NCBI GenBank assembly: GCA_050084515.1
Contig: CM114271.1
Span: 3,348,001-3,412,000 of the forward strand
Direction: 5' to 3'
Source of the DNA: Blasia pusilla
Taxonomy: Eukaryota
Length of the DNA: 64,000 nt
Every line of letters begins with the position of its first letter. The first letter of the stretch is position 1. Below are positions 38,874-52,100 of the stretch, piece after piece. The translations under genes were made by a program, and so were the position numbers. Under the pieces are notes generated by a model, which was given only the letters and a program-made list of their open reading frames with translations, did not search any database and was not told the origin of the DNA.

Positions 38874-39975
38874 ACCCTATCTCACCCACTCAAGCACTAG
38901 ACTCACCGAGAGTCTCCCACACGCCTCACTAGCTCACCTATGCTAACGTCAATCCCGTGATGACATACCCGGCCTCACGCACTCTCAACACTCGGGCTCA
39001 CCATGAGCCTCCCAACTGACTCACATAACCTAGCGACACTCTCTCGGGTCATACACGCGATCCTACTCGGCAAACCGCCGATATCCACCAACATGATACA
39101 CATGAAAAGAATCTACACTCGTCACCATCATCGCACCCATCTAGCACCGGCTACTACCCGATACCCAAAGACTCTCAATCACACACGACAAGTGCGGAAA
39201 AGGGACTAATGGGTAACTGATCACGCCCTCCAACTGCTGCACCGTCAATATGTACTCCTCCACATGATATGACAATCTCCGCCACATAAACCAACACATC
39301 GATCCTCCCGTCACAGATGCGGACAACCCGTCGGCATCATATACACTGCCCCTCCATCGTAAATCCTCACAACGCCTGTCGCGCCCCAAAAACATCATTT
39401 CACACCCGCTGTCCAACTTGTCGGTCACCCACCACGTCGACATCCTCCCTGCCCTCCACGTTGCCCATGCGCGCGTTCGCGGACCGACCTCGTCCGCCCT
39501 ACCACGTTCGCTACATAATCGCATCCACCTACCACGTTGGAGGGGGAACTTGGACCGCGACCCTATCTGAGACCCTAAATGGGACCCTAAATGCCGGGGT
39601 CCGCACCTCGCTTTGTCGCGCCCGCGATTCGCGTTCGCGCCCCTCGCCCGTTATTGTTTGCCCCTTGCGTTCCGTCCGCCGCCCTCGCCGTGACCTAACT
39701 CTAGCCGCTTTTACTTGACAGTCCCCCGGAGGCTGCAAGACCCAAACCTGCCCTTTCCTTCTCTCTCGACACCCTCACTTTCGTGACACCCGACGCCCCA
39801 CCACGCTACACTGTTGTCCCCCATCAATCCGCACCAAAGCAAAATCTGAGAAAATGGAAGCGCTTACGGCCTTCGAACAGAAAAATGACACAAAACGTCA
39901 CACACACGTCTCCAGGGGCTCCCCAACCGAGGCAACTCGCTTGCCTACCTGCAAACAACAAATTCCCACCAGCCC

Positions 39976-39992
39976 CTAAGCCATCTTTCTCA
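39976..39992 (-). promoter_or_regulatory. Self-priming primer-binding site (complementary to the LTR R region)
   Basis: 39976-39995 is the exact reverse complement of 40157-40176; no TGG-tRNA PBS is present. Confidence 0.7.
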
Positions 39993-40308
39993 TGTAAAAA
40001 TAACGAGTAGTAAAAACGGCACACCCGGCCTAAAACTCCACTCCTCAATCTACATCGGCATATCAAGCCTCGTCCACCCTGTGCTATCAAGGAATCCGGA
40101 CGCTAGCACCCTAGTCCTAGCTCACACACATACAAAGGAGGTGCTCCAACGGCCCAACATGAGAAAGATGGCTTAGAAAAGCCATCTTCCTCTCTTATAT
40201 AGGGTTGGGAAGAGCCAAAAGGCTCTTCCCCTAAAAATAGCCCTTCCCTTGGTAACCTGCGTGCACAGGTTACCAGGGGTGGGTGACCTGGTCAACAAGT
40301 TACCCGGC
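39993..40308 (-). repeat. 5' LTR, 5'-truncated
   Basis: Ends ...TTTTTACA at 39993 (minus strand); TATA CTATATAAG at ~40202-40194. I count 4 transitions and 1 indel versus the 3' LTR over ~260 bp. Confidence 0.85.
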
Positions 40309-40641
40309 TATGAAGTAACAACAATAATTATCAGCTTGCACTCTAACAATAAGCTTATCCGTGTTACACGTACAAACTTTTCCACTTTACATTATGGCCC
40401 TGACCAAAAGTATCAGAAGAGAACTTTTCCACTTGTTCTTGGTTATGCCATGATAGGACACAAGAATCAAGGCATGACTATTACAGGAAAATGTCTGCTT
40501 GTTATCAAGGCTCCGTTTGCTCTTGGTCTTGTGTACGTCACGCTATCGTGGATTAAGACAAGGGAAAAATTGTCAATTCTTTGTTCAATTTTTCCATCTG
40601 ATGTTCATGTATATAACCACCTTACTTCTTCTTTCACCTAA
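40309..40641 (+). pseudogene. Helitron Pif1-like helicase C-terminus
   Basis: RTFPLVLGYAMIGHKNQGMT...FALGLVYVTLS matches Pif1 motifs V-VI. Confidence 0.88.
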
Positions 40642-41689
40642 TTTTTCTATCTCCTTTTACAAAATTTTATGATATAGGATGGCAACTAGCGACAGTTTAG
40701 CAAAGGGTCGTGGAAGGAGATCATTAGCGCCTGCAGCTCCCATCCATGGAATGGACAAGCCTGCATCTCCACTTGGTCTCTCAAAGACAACTTAGACAAG
40801 TACTATCGTGTTGAGCGAAAACACTTAAGAGGATCAAAGAACTCCATTAACGCATGTTGGTCTCTTTCATCAAGTCGAGCAGCAACCGCAGATCGCTACC
40901 CAGGTTTGTGTCCATTGTCCACTCTTGCTGCCATATCTCCAACTGTGAACTCTTTCTGATATACTTTTTCAAGTTCCAAGTTCATATGTCGACTTTTTCA
41001 AGTAATCTTTAAAGACATGTCTGAGCTACCTCAAGACAGCCCCCCGCAAATCGTTCCACCAATCGAGGCTCAGTTGAAATACGCCAACAGCTTGGGCCTT
41101 AACCAGTCTTATTGGGGAATTGACATTTCTTCTCGACAAATGAGCCGTCTGATTGATCAAAGGAATGCATGGGCTAACTTTTTTAGACAACTAAAGAACC
41201 AGCCACCAGCAAAAGGTACAAAAGTAAACCGCCTGCCACATTCTATTTGTTTTCGTGTCGTTCAAATTTCTCTCTCCTATTTCCTAACATTCATATAATA
41301 TTTTGCTTTCATGTTCAGGGATTCAAACAGAAGTAATGACATTCCATGGCATCCAATTCCATGAAGTTGATGTAATAGGGCAGCAGGCTATTGCCCACTA
41401 TGGCAGATTGACAGGCGGCATTAAACCTGACCAAATCCAAGAGCTACGACTTATCATGAAGCTCTCGCTTGACAAACTTGTAGACTTATATCCTCCTAAA
41501 GCTACGCACCTTGTGAATCGATAGAGAGATGCACAGCAAGATGGTATCATATGCAGCTTTCCTAATCTTGAACAACATAGTAATTGTTCAATTGTTGGTA
41601 AAAACCTCCGTGCCACTTCATCGTTCAACGATAATATGCGTGTGGGGTGTACTTTGTCGATACACCTACAAAAAAAATAGCATCGACTA

Positions 41690-41738
41690 TTAGGGATCCG
41701 TCTTATCGGAGTCCCCTAACAAGAGAAAGTGCACCTAG
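41690..41738 (+). other. Candidate Helitron 3' end (hairpin + CTAG)
   Basis: TTAGGGATCCG-TCTTAT-CGGAGTCCCCTAA stem ~15 nt before CTAG (41735-41738). The next base is A rather than the canonical T. Confidence 0.4.
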
Positions 41739-41916
41739 AAAATTAATCAGTTCACTCTTTCACTTGTAAATTACCTATCTATTTAGTTTTATTGTTCATA
41801 TTTTAATTTAACATTATAATTATATTGCACAAGACTTTTAATTGTCGTCTTTCTTTTGCCTTATGTTTATATGAATGTGAGAGATGTTTCCCACCAGTTA
41901 TGCTTCTTTATCTACA

Positions 41917-43560
41917 TGGTATCAGAGCGATAAGAGAACATGAATTGAATTTATTGATGTTTGAGGAGATGAGAGAGGCAACAGAAGGCACAATTTCTAC
42001 TTGGGATAAGAACATTTCGTTCAAAGCTCAATGGCCGTAGATTTCACATGGAATTTTGACGATGATAAAACTTTGGAGGCATTTTTTAGGACTTTCCCGG
42101 TCTATTTAGCCATTTGGCTCCGTATCGGTTAGAAGACTACGCAAGATGGTTCTTATGGTCTTGCAGAGATCGTCGAGAGATTTCCAACGCATCCAAAATT
42201 AGTCAATTCTGACGCTCTGAGCTCCTACAATAGCAATTACAATGTAGGAAAGTGTAATTAGTGAAGAAAAGTTGTGTAGTTTGCTTTCTTAAAGGCCAAT
42301 TTCGACTAGTTCTTTCATACAATTGATCAATTTTGGCAAATTGTAGATCGATTTCTATTTAAGAATGGTCTTTGCTTCAGTTCGAGTATTGGAGAGCCTG
42401 AAATTATATTTTTGTAATAAAATCGTTCGTCATGGAGTATTCCTTAACAGCAATCACAGGCGAAAAGTTAGATAAGCAGAATTACAATGTCTTGAAGTTT
42501 CACATGAAACAAATTCTCAAGGATCAAGAACTTTTGGGAGCTTGTAATAGCTAATAAGACCAAGCCTGAAGGTGACTCAATAGATTTGAATGTTCGCGTT
42601 TGCAACAAGCGCGCAAGGTAAATAATCCACTATATTTCAATAACGATCAGTTTGCCAATGATAGGTGGCATACAAGATGTTGATACTCCGAAGGAGACCT
42701 AGGATGCATTGGAAAATTTATTTGTAGACATCTACAAAGGCCATAAAGCTTTAATTAAAACAAAAATTGAACGGAGAGAGGATAGGATCATAGAGCATCC
42801 ATGATTATATTTTGAATTTAAGATATATTGTTGATCAGTTGAATAAAATTGGAGTAAAAATGTTGATGTATGGTGTTCAATTTTCAAAGCCTTCCAAAGG
42901 ATTAGAAGTTTTTGAGACCTCTATCTCTGTGAGAGAGAAGTATTCTCCTTTCAAGAGTTAGTCCCACTGTTAATCAGTGAAGAGATGCGTTCCTAGTAGG
43001 CAATGGTAGTTCGTCTAGTTTGCAAGAGAGCGCGTTATTTGCAGGTAATGGATCAAACAGAAGTTGGGGTCGTGGTAGAAGCTTTCGTAATCATGGTGGA
43101 TATCAAACATATGGAGGGAGATGCGCTAATCATAATTTCACTTAATCAACTACGAATCAGTACCAAACACAATCATAAGGTGGTGATGGTGGAAATCTTT
43201 GGGTTCGAGATCAACAACACATGGTCCCTAGATCTTGCAATAATTGTGGGATAAAGGGTCACGATGCAAAGTTTTGCTTCAAGAAGAAGGCAGATATGAG
43301 AAGAGGAACCTTACAACAACTAAACTATGTGGAGCAACAACACCAAAGGCACTATCAAGAATAACAACATTTAAAAATTGAGCACCTATTGGTCATGACT
43401 CACTATATGTGAGCAATGGTCAAGAAAAACTTAACAACAGATTGGTACATTGACTCTAGTGCATCAAAAGCTACATGATTCAATAATATGGAGCTAGTAA
43501 AAGATCCTGCAATAATGCTCACAAGAGATGACACTCAGCATCATATCACGCAACTGGTAA
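41917..43560 (+). mobile_element. Ty1/Copia 5' remnant (tRNA-iMet PBS, gag, protease)
   Basis: CA|TGGTATCAGAGC PBS at 41917; gag from 42432 (EKLDKQNY..KF.MKQIL); CNNCGIKGHDAKFC knuckle at ~43236; WYIDSSAS protease motif at ~43443; decayed. Confidence 0.88.
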
Positions 43561-46150
43561 AGTTCAAATAGCTGTAGATAATCTTCTGAGTCCGTAGGCT
43601 CAGAAGCGAGCTTCCATTCCACTAACGACAAGAAGGAGAGAGCTGCGAAGGTTAGAGGTAGTCTGGCAGCTAGTCCTACTGTGGTTGTTGAGTGTCATTG
43701 GCTATATGAATTCATGATGGTCGTTCAGGAAGTAGGCACAATCCCTGAAATTGATGCAACAACTACACACTGAATGGAATGTTGGTTCATCGTTCAACAT
43801 ACTTGGAGAATGCGGGAATGGAAATTGGATTGTTCATGGATGAGCGAGTATTTGAGTGATCAACAAAGTGGACTCCGTTGTATGTGAAGGTTTATGAATT
43901 GTGTGGACAATCAGGATACTTCCAACGGCGTATCTGGCTGGCCGCGTGTTCAGGATAGTAAGTCGTGTGATTTAGTCTCGTTCAAAGATACACAAAGATT
44001 AGTAATGGCATGAACAAATAGGAAGATGGGGTGCCGAAATCAGAAACAACTGCATTGTTTTTCCAGGTGCGTCCCCGATTACTCAAATGCTGTGAGGGGT
44101 TGAGGAAAAATGACTTCTTAAATAATAGCGGCACTTTATTGCCGCGTATGTGTCATTCTTTGGTTACTCTGCAGGTAGGGAAGCTGGTGGCGCAAATAGC
44201 TACGTTTGGAACGAACAATATGTGCATGCCATTAGAACACCATGCATAAAATTTACAACGAGCAAACACTAATGGATATAGAGGAAATAGCATGGCTACT
44301 TAGGAATTCATATGCAAAATGCGACGTGAAAGCAAGGAGTCACGAAGAATATTGAACCATGGTAGATTGCCCAATGAGCTGCAGGGAGACAACATACCTG
44401 ATAGGAAAAGCGACAAGTGCGAAACTTCACAGGTATTTAGCTGCAGTGGAACAAACCCTCTATCAGCTTTGAGATGGAAACAAACTACAATACCTCCATA
44501 ATCTAGTTAAGAGTCAATCGAAAAATGAGGGACACGACAGGGCGCAATACAAAATTGCAAGTGTTGAAGAAGGCTCACCACTAAGTCGGGAATGAATCCC
44601 AATCTGCACACGATAGATATAGACAACAATGGTAAGTGTAGAGCAAGACGGCTAAAGGTACTGCGAAGAAGTCTTCCAGAGTTGCAGAAAAGGTGTGGCA
44701 AATGGAAGAACTGAAATGAATAGACAATCGGAGATTTGAGAACGAAAGTCATTAGTTAGTATCGTGGGCCGAGGGATCTCACCTGGATCGATGAGCAATG
44801 ACTATGAAATGGCTGGAATAGAGATAGGAAGGGAATTGAAGGTGCGCACCCATATGGTCTAGTGTAGCAAGGAGCATTAAGGCCTATCATATGTGAGCAA
44901 CCAGTAGCAGCAAATCGTAACCAACCCTTGTACACGGGGACATTCACACCTAGTTAGGTGCATGAATTGGTGCCTACGCACTGAACTTGTTCAGAATTGG
45001 ACATAGCACGGGCTTCTCCTTCGTATACAAGAAAAAGAAAGACAGAATGCTTTAGAGTCGAGATGTAAGCACCCAACAGGGTGATAAACTTTCTTTTCTG
45101 TTTGGAGAGAGCAAGACCGAAGGGCACGTTGGCGATGTGAATCAGGCTTATCAGCTTGCACCTTCAAAACTAGTGGCTCTTTTCAGTTTTAACATTAGAG
45201 TTGAGAGAATATGCACTAGATGAATTCAACCCAAGTTGATGAAAAACATTAATGACGAAAAACTTCATTGAGCTCTACCGCATCAAGCCTAGGCACTCGT
45301 TCAGATACTACACACATGAGCCCAGACAAGAATTGACCTGCCTAGAGCCATTTCTCAAGACGCCCAAATTTAGAGACCTTGCATTGGGCTTGTAGTTTCA
45401 TGAAAGACTTATGAAGATGAGTTTGTTCCAAACAAGTGGAACTAACTGCATTTAATACTGCTATGAAATCCAGCCTTAGCCTCACAAGTTCGCAGTGACA
45501 TTAGTTCAATGCCATAAGCAACCAAATCCTGCAAGTGGGATTGAGTGCTGCGGACCTAATGAAGAGCCGCAAAGCACCTCAAGTTTCCAAAGCACATGGA
45601 ACCAATGATGACTGAATTCATCCACCTTCCCATGAGTGCAGACCACAACAACCAATGATAGCAAAGACACCTCCATATTAAAAAATCGACTATACCTTTG
45701 CTATAAATTGACCCTATCAACTTTTGCTACCTGAATGGCCTGGCTTTGGAGCAACAATACCATCATCAAGCCTTCATTTGCTTTCTGATTAACTCTATTA
45801 TTCATTCCATTCATTACAAAAGGCTTTTCCCATTTTGAGGTCAAAATGCAATCAATTACAGAACATATGCTCCTCCACTCGAAACTAGGAGATCCTCACT
45901 ACATGCAATGAAACAGGTATCATCTGAGGGCAAGGAATGTGAGAATCCAACATAGAATCATATAGGTGCGCGTATAAGAGATATATGTGAATATGCACAC
46001 ATTGCCAATTTGAAAATAGAATAAAGTTGGCACCTGCAATCTCCGACTAGTGAAATTGCAGAGAGACTTCCTAAGAAATGAAATGGATTATAGCTTTACC
46101 GTCAGCCCAACAACCTCATCTAGTCTACAAAATCATTGTTGATATCCCTT

Positions 46151-49100
46151 TCAGAAGTACTGAGACAAGTCTTCCCCACTCAAATCCTCCAAAAGCTTGA
46201 CCACCTCCTGAGTCTGGGCAACCACAGTCAACTCAGTGTCTTCAAGTAGCTCAGCAAGGAAAGGAATGGTTTCTGGAAGAAGGACAAGGTATTCCTCTTT
46301 CAAATGCTCAGCAAGGAATTTCACCACTCGTAAACCCAGCAGCCGAGTTCTCTCATTCTCAAGACGTGTTCGCATCAGAACCTGCTCTCGTGTACACCAG
46401 TGTAAACCATCAAGGAAAGACTTTCAGAGTTTGTCATGAATCCTTACTGCTCTTTACAGAAGCAGATCCAGGATTGACTGAATTTGATGACCTCCCTTTT
46501 CCCAAAAAGGACAAGGAAAGACAATCACAGCACTAATACTCCTCAGAGGTTTTAGTGCTACCACAAGCAATATCAAGAGATAATTGAACTTAATAAGAAC
46601 TACAAATTTTTTTTGCAGAAGGATACTTTAAACATCGTAGAACTTCCTCAACCACTTCGACCAGCCATAACTTACTAGACGTGGTCCGATCACATACCTA
46701 CAATTAGCTTCAAAACATATCCAACCCGCTCCCAATATCTACTGCCCTGATTGGCCCATCCCAAAAGCCAAAGTAACCCGCCTACGGCATAGATAGCTAT
46801 GAGTAAACATACCTCGTGATTTAAAGGTTTCCAGAGAAGGTCGGTCCCTGCAGTCAGAGCCATTTGGCCGAGACAAGACACTAACGTATCATCCATTTCT
46901 CTGAGACTCGGAATTTGTTTGAGTGTGTGAAGGTCATCCTCATTTGCAAGCTTCGTTACTTCAGTTGGAGGATCTACGGCAAGTTGTGTAACAACAGGTT
47001 CTAACAAGAGCTGCAAGTTTGCATTGCAATAATGTCAGAGGGAGGACCCAAGCTAAAAAAAGTAATATTCTTTTCTCCCATCAAATTGCACATGTCAAGC
47101 ACTTCTGCTGTGAGAAGATTCAACAGCCACAACTCACCTGAAATTTTGTTGCATCCAAAAAATTCACTGTGTCATATAGAAAGCACTTGTGCAGTGATGA
47201 AAGGACAAGCTGTCGAAGATTCCACTCTGAAGAACTAAATGAAGACTTTTGCTCTTCAGCTGCAGTATCTTGTGGCTGTTTCCTCTTCTTCTTCTTTGGC
47301 TTCCACGACTCATGTTCCATCGAGTTTGCTCCACTTGTGAGATGGTGCACACAACCATCAAGTAGATACTGAAAGTATGGAACAAAGACTGACCTGTACA
47401 TGTGATAGTGCAGTTAGAAGGTGTTAATTTATCAAAAGATTTTTTCGACAGCACACCCCAGAACAACTAGCAAAATCATTACATTTGCAAATCCAGAAAA
47501 GGCAATCTCTGGTTCTACCAGTAGACTGAATTGCTGTAGTAGCAGTATGGTGATTGTCTACCTCACATCTTAGACTACATCTGGAAGGATCTACTTAATG
47601 GCCCTAGTCTCAGTGCCTCAAGTCCAAGGGATATTACAAGTGTTCAACTATTCTTAACATTCTTTTGATTTTGAGATCTCAACCTAAACCCAGATGACTG
47701 GAATCTGGAAGGATCTACTTAATGGCCCCAGTCTCAGTGCCTCAAGTCCAAGGGATATTACAAGTGTTCAACTATTCTTAGCATTCTTTTGATTTTGAGA
47801 TCTCAACCTAAACCCATTCCAGTAGGAGCTTATTATAAAAAAAAAAGGTTTACCTGAGTTTTTCAGTTAGATGATTTACGAGCTTATAGAACAAAATGTT
47901 GCGATCCACACTTCTACTTGCCATTGAACCATCTCCAAGTTCAACCTCAGATTCAGCCCACTCCAACATTTTCACAAATATTGGCTTGAAAGTTGTTTCA
48001 TTAAGTTTCATGACCAGAGAAGTAACTGCCGTCACCAATGCCGTCTCCACCTTTGATACAGAAACGATTGTGCTGGGAGCTTGGAGACGGATATCAAACG
48101 CAGCCAAGCAGAAGTCGAAGATTTTCCCATGATATGCAACTACTGCAGGTCGGTCCAGTGTAGCAGTCATTGTAGCCAACATTTCGAAGAGGGCACATGC
48201 AGAGTCTTCCCCTATTTCAAGTGCCCTCTTATATGTACTCATTAGAGGGTCAAGCAGGAGGCGAACCTGCATAAGTTCCACCATTATAAATAGTTAATTT
48301 CAATGGATATCAGGGCTAACAAATACGAAACAATATGTTGTAGGACAGAAACCAGGATCAAATGTGCATCAGCACAGACATTGCCTTCAACTGAGATCAA
48401 GCTCCTGAGAGTGTTTGTGCAGTTAAATATCCCTCCAGTCAATTTGGTTTTCACAATGACACAAGAAAAAGGCTAGCTGATGAAGTAATAACCAGCTCTG
48501 CATCTAGTTCATACCGGTATTTTAGCTGGTATTAGTGTCCGCAGAATTGCTGCCTTTTTTGTGAGTTTTGAAACAGAACCTGTAATAAGCTGTGGTTGTA
48601 AGAGAACCAAGCCAATAATCTTTTGCAAGTAAGGAGTCAGGAAAGGTCCTAATTTATCTAATAAAGTTTCTAAAGCTCCAAGAATAGCCACAGCAAGTTC
48701 GGATTCGTCCCCTTCACTTTCATATTCAAAAGAGCCTTGCACCTCAGAGGTAGGTGCAAGTGCATGCTCTGCCACTTCAAATAGTGCAACCACTGTGTCT
48801 GGCAGACCCGGCAAAGCATGGGGACCTAATTGAGTTAGAATTGTTGACACACATCTCACAGCTGCAACGACCACTGCCCTGCTATTCACGTGAAAATTCT
48901 TGACCAAGGCTGCAAGAGAAGAAATGAAAACGTCCGGCAGTCTTGCAGCGCAGTTCCATGCTGATACATCCAATGCTTCAATTGCTGCACGCTTGGTACT
49001 CATGGACAACTCTTCACCAGGGCCTGTTAATAGCCCACCAATGTCTTTAATCATTTCAATTCGGACCACAAGTTCCTCCGTTGTAAAATGCTCTTCTTCA

Positions 49101-52100
49101 GTAGATAATGCCTCTGGCTGTCTCTTTTTTGACTGAGCAGTCTTGTTAGATAAATCTTGCTCCTTCAACCTCAAGGTGTACATACGTAAAGCCTGGAAAA
49201 ACATAAAAATCAGCTTTAGGCTCGTTTTGATGTGCTGAAATCCTTTCACGACTACTTATAGTATTCTCCCATTTAACCAGGAACCTGGGAATGACTTCAC
49301 GACGAATGACGTACAGGTTCCACACAGGGTGCAAACTGAATTTAGTTGAGAACGATCATTCAAAATTATAATCATTTGATGGAGTGAATTGATTCCTCCT
49401 TCTAACAAGGACCTGCCACTTTGGTATCCTTGACATATACCTATACACCTTTGAGACTGGTGAGAATCTCAATTTCTCTTCATCCAGATTAAAAAGGTTA
49501 AAAAATTCTATAATACTCTACACACACTGCTGTCGTTGTAAAGTGAACGCAGACATCACTTTACTTTCTTGCTAAGACTACCCATTCTATATAATGCAAC
49601 CAAATCCTCGAAAATGAGTCACAGTAAATTGTAGAAGCTTGAAGACACATGCATTATCTATCCTAAGAGCAAATCCTTATCATAACTTCCTACGAAGCCA
49701 TTCCAAGCTTCATCTGTGAGCATATACTTGCCTTTCGCCGTATGCTTGAATCCGCATGTTTTAGTAAAGAAGTGATTCCCTTGATGTATTCAGTCAAGCC
49801 CATCACTTGAGTAAGGCCATCCAGGAGAGCACAAGATGTCTCTTGTGCACTCTTTTTTTCTTTAACAGAAATCGAGGCATTCCTTCCTAGCATCTGAAGT
49901 TGTAGAAGGACTTGCTCCATCAAAGCCACATAAGATTTCTACAGAAAGCCAGAACCCAAAAATTAAAATAATCTCATAGCTCCTCACCAAACTTAGGGGA
50001 AGACGTGTTTGATGGACATCTAGACAGGTGAATGAAGTCACAACCGATCACAACTTCCATGATTGCATAACTTTCACTTGCACCAACAATTCCCAAAGAG
50101 TACCTGCACAATATCTGAGCTGTCTGGGAAAGTTACAGCAGCATGGCGATCTGGACTTCGCAAATGGTCTGCCACAAATTTAGTGGCCAACTGCTGAAGT
50201 GCCCAAGCCATTTGTCTAGACAATTTATCAGTGCCATTATCAAGTTTTTCGTTCACTTTGGCCATACTCAACAATTTGACCATCGCAGGCAGTCTGACAT
50301 CTGGAGAATAATGTCTACAAAGAGTTTCTGCAAAGTCCAATTCCAAACTCTTGGCAGCTTGCGCGATGTCAGCTTCAGTAACTCCACTTCGTATCTGCTC
50401 AACTGATAGGGGTCCATCATTTCCAGACTGTGCAGCTAATTCTAAGAGGAGGAAAAGGAAGATGTGGAGACCCTGCTCTTCTGTAGTCACTCTGAAATTA
50501 ACCACAACACACATTACGACGAAACTAGAAGTTTAAAAACAAGTAAACCACTGATGGAGAAAAGAAGCAGTGGAACCTAAAGCTCTCCACAGAATCACGA
50601 ATAAATTGTGAAGGCACATAATGCTACTTCCACACACTGATATGCCCAAATGCCTTGCAATATACCTTTCAATAAAACCGAAGACAAGTCACTAAAAGAT
50701 TGATCTAAAAAGTAATGTGTCAGGATCAGGCAATAGTTTCATTACCTCAAAAGATTTGAAATGAGGGTCAATCTACGATGTGGTGGGACCCTTGGTAAAG
50801 CACTTATGAACACCTGTGCAAGCATAATACTTCAATGTCATGCAAGAAGAACCAACTTCATGATAAAAGGAAACACTTTACTATAGCACACATTTTTTTG
50901 CCTAAAAAATGATAGTCACCAGATGAGCGGAGTACGTGACGTTACCTGCAGCAAGACTGTCGGATCTTTCTCTACAGTTAACCAAATTGGAATAAATGCA
51001 GTTAGCATTTGATCCACCACCTGGTGCGAATGATTATCATCCTGCCAAGTACGGTAAGCTCAAAAATCAGTAACTTGCTCGTGATAGGCACAACCTACTT
51101 CGGAACATGGAGTGTTTGATCCCCCGTACATGGCAGAAGTCGAAGATTCCTAGGGCAAATCATCCAAAACCCTTACCTAGTTGTAAGGTACCTACAAGCC
51201 AGAAGCAATATGTGCGAGGTACAGTCTTTACTGTCAATGCAGTTCAGAGTATAAAGCCTGGGAGAGGGAGAGTATAAATGTTGTGGTGACAGATCCATAT
51301 AATGAGTATGATTTGGATATATATATGTGGGGAACTTAGGCACATTAGAAATACATTACAGCACTGGCATACCTTAGTAATAGTGGATTTTCCAACAACC
51401 GAAAGAATGTCAACAAGATGCTTTAACACATCATTTGGCATCAATTTTCCCAAAGTGGTCAGAAGTGCCAGGGCATAATTTCTTGTTGCCAAGTCAACCG
51501 CATTATTGACTGCTGCAACTACTGTATCTACATCAAAGGCTTGTTTAGTGGTATCCTGCAAATAAGCATCAGACAAATCAAAGGAGTGAGACCATGATAA
51601 GCGGGTGTAGACAAAAACCGTCTTGATAGTTCCATTGGATATGACGAACTTGAAGCAACTATCATGGCTCTAGAGTTCAAGAGATATTCCCTTGGATATC
51701 AGTCTACACCTCGATAGAGCAAGACAGCACAAACATAATGTTCCAGACCCATATGTTGGATAGTTAGGCAAATAGAGATATGGCTGAAAAACCTTTCAGA
51801 AAAAAATAATTAAAAAAAAAAACAGCTGGTAGAACAGCCAAGGAGGATTCTTTGTTGACACAAATAAAGACAACATTCCAGGAGCACATCTGCCACCAGG
51901 CAGAAGGTGACAACATGGATACCTTGTCATTGTCAGCGCCTATTGTAGGGTCCTTTGCTATACTTTCAAGGATCATTAACACCAGATGCTGTATGTTAAG
52001 CACAGCTGCACTGTGGGGGACTTCGTTACCCATGGGCACATCTTCATTGCCTTCAAATCGCGGCCATACTCCAAGAAGTATTTTCTTCAAAAGATTGCAC

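Larger units (their letters stand above)
30521..40308 (-). mobile_element. Ty3/Gypsy LTR retrotransposon with gag-PR-DNMT-RT-RNaseH-INT-PHD
   Basis: All domains are recognisable in order on the minus strand, bounded by LTR sequence, and the element interrupts a Helitron helicase. Confidence 0.88.

Noticed and set aside
30521-40308. DIRS/Ngaro element (A...B-A-B split direct repeats)
   Set aside because: It encodes a DDE integrase and protease, has a PPT and TG/CA LTR ends, and shows no tyrosine recombinase motifs.
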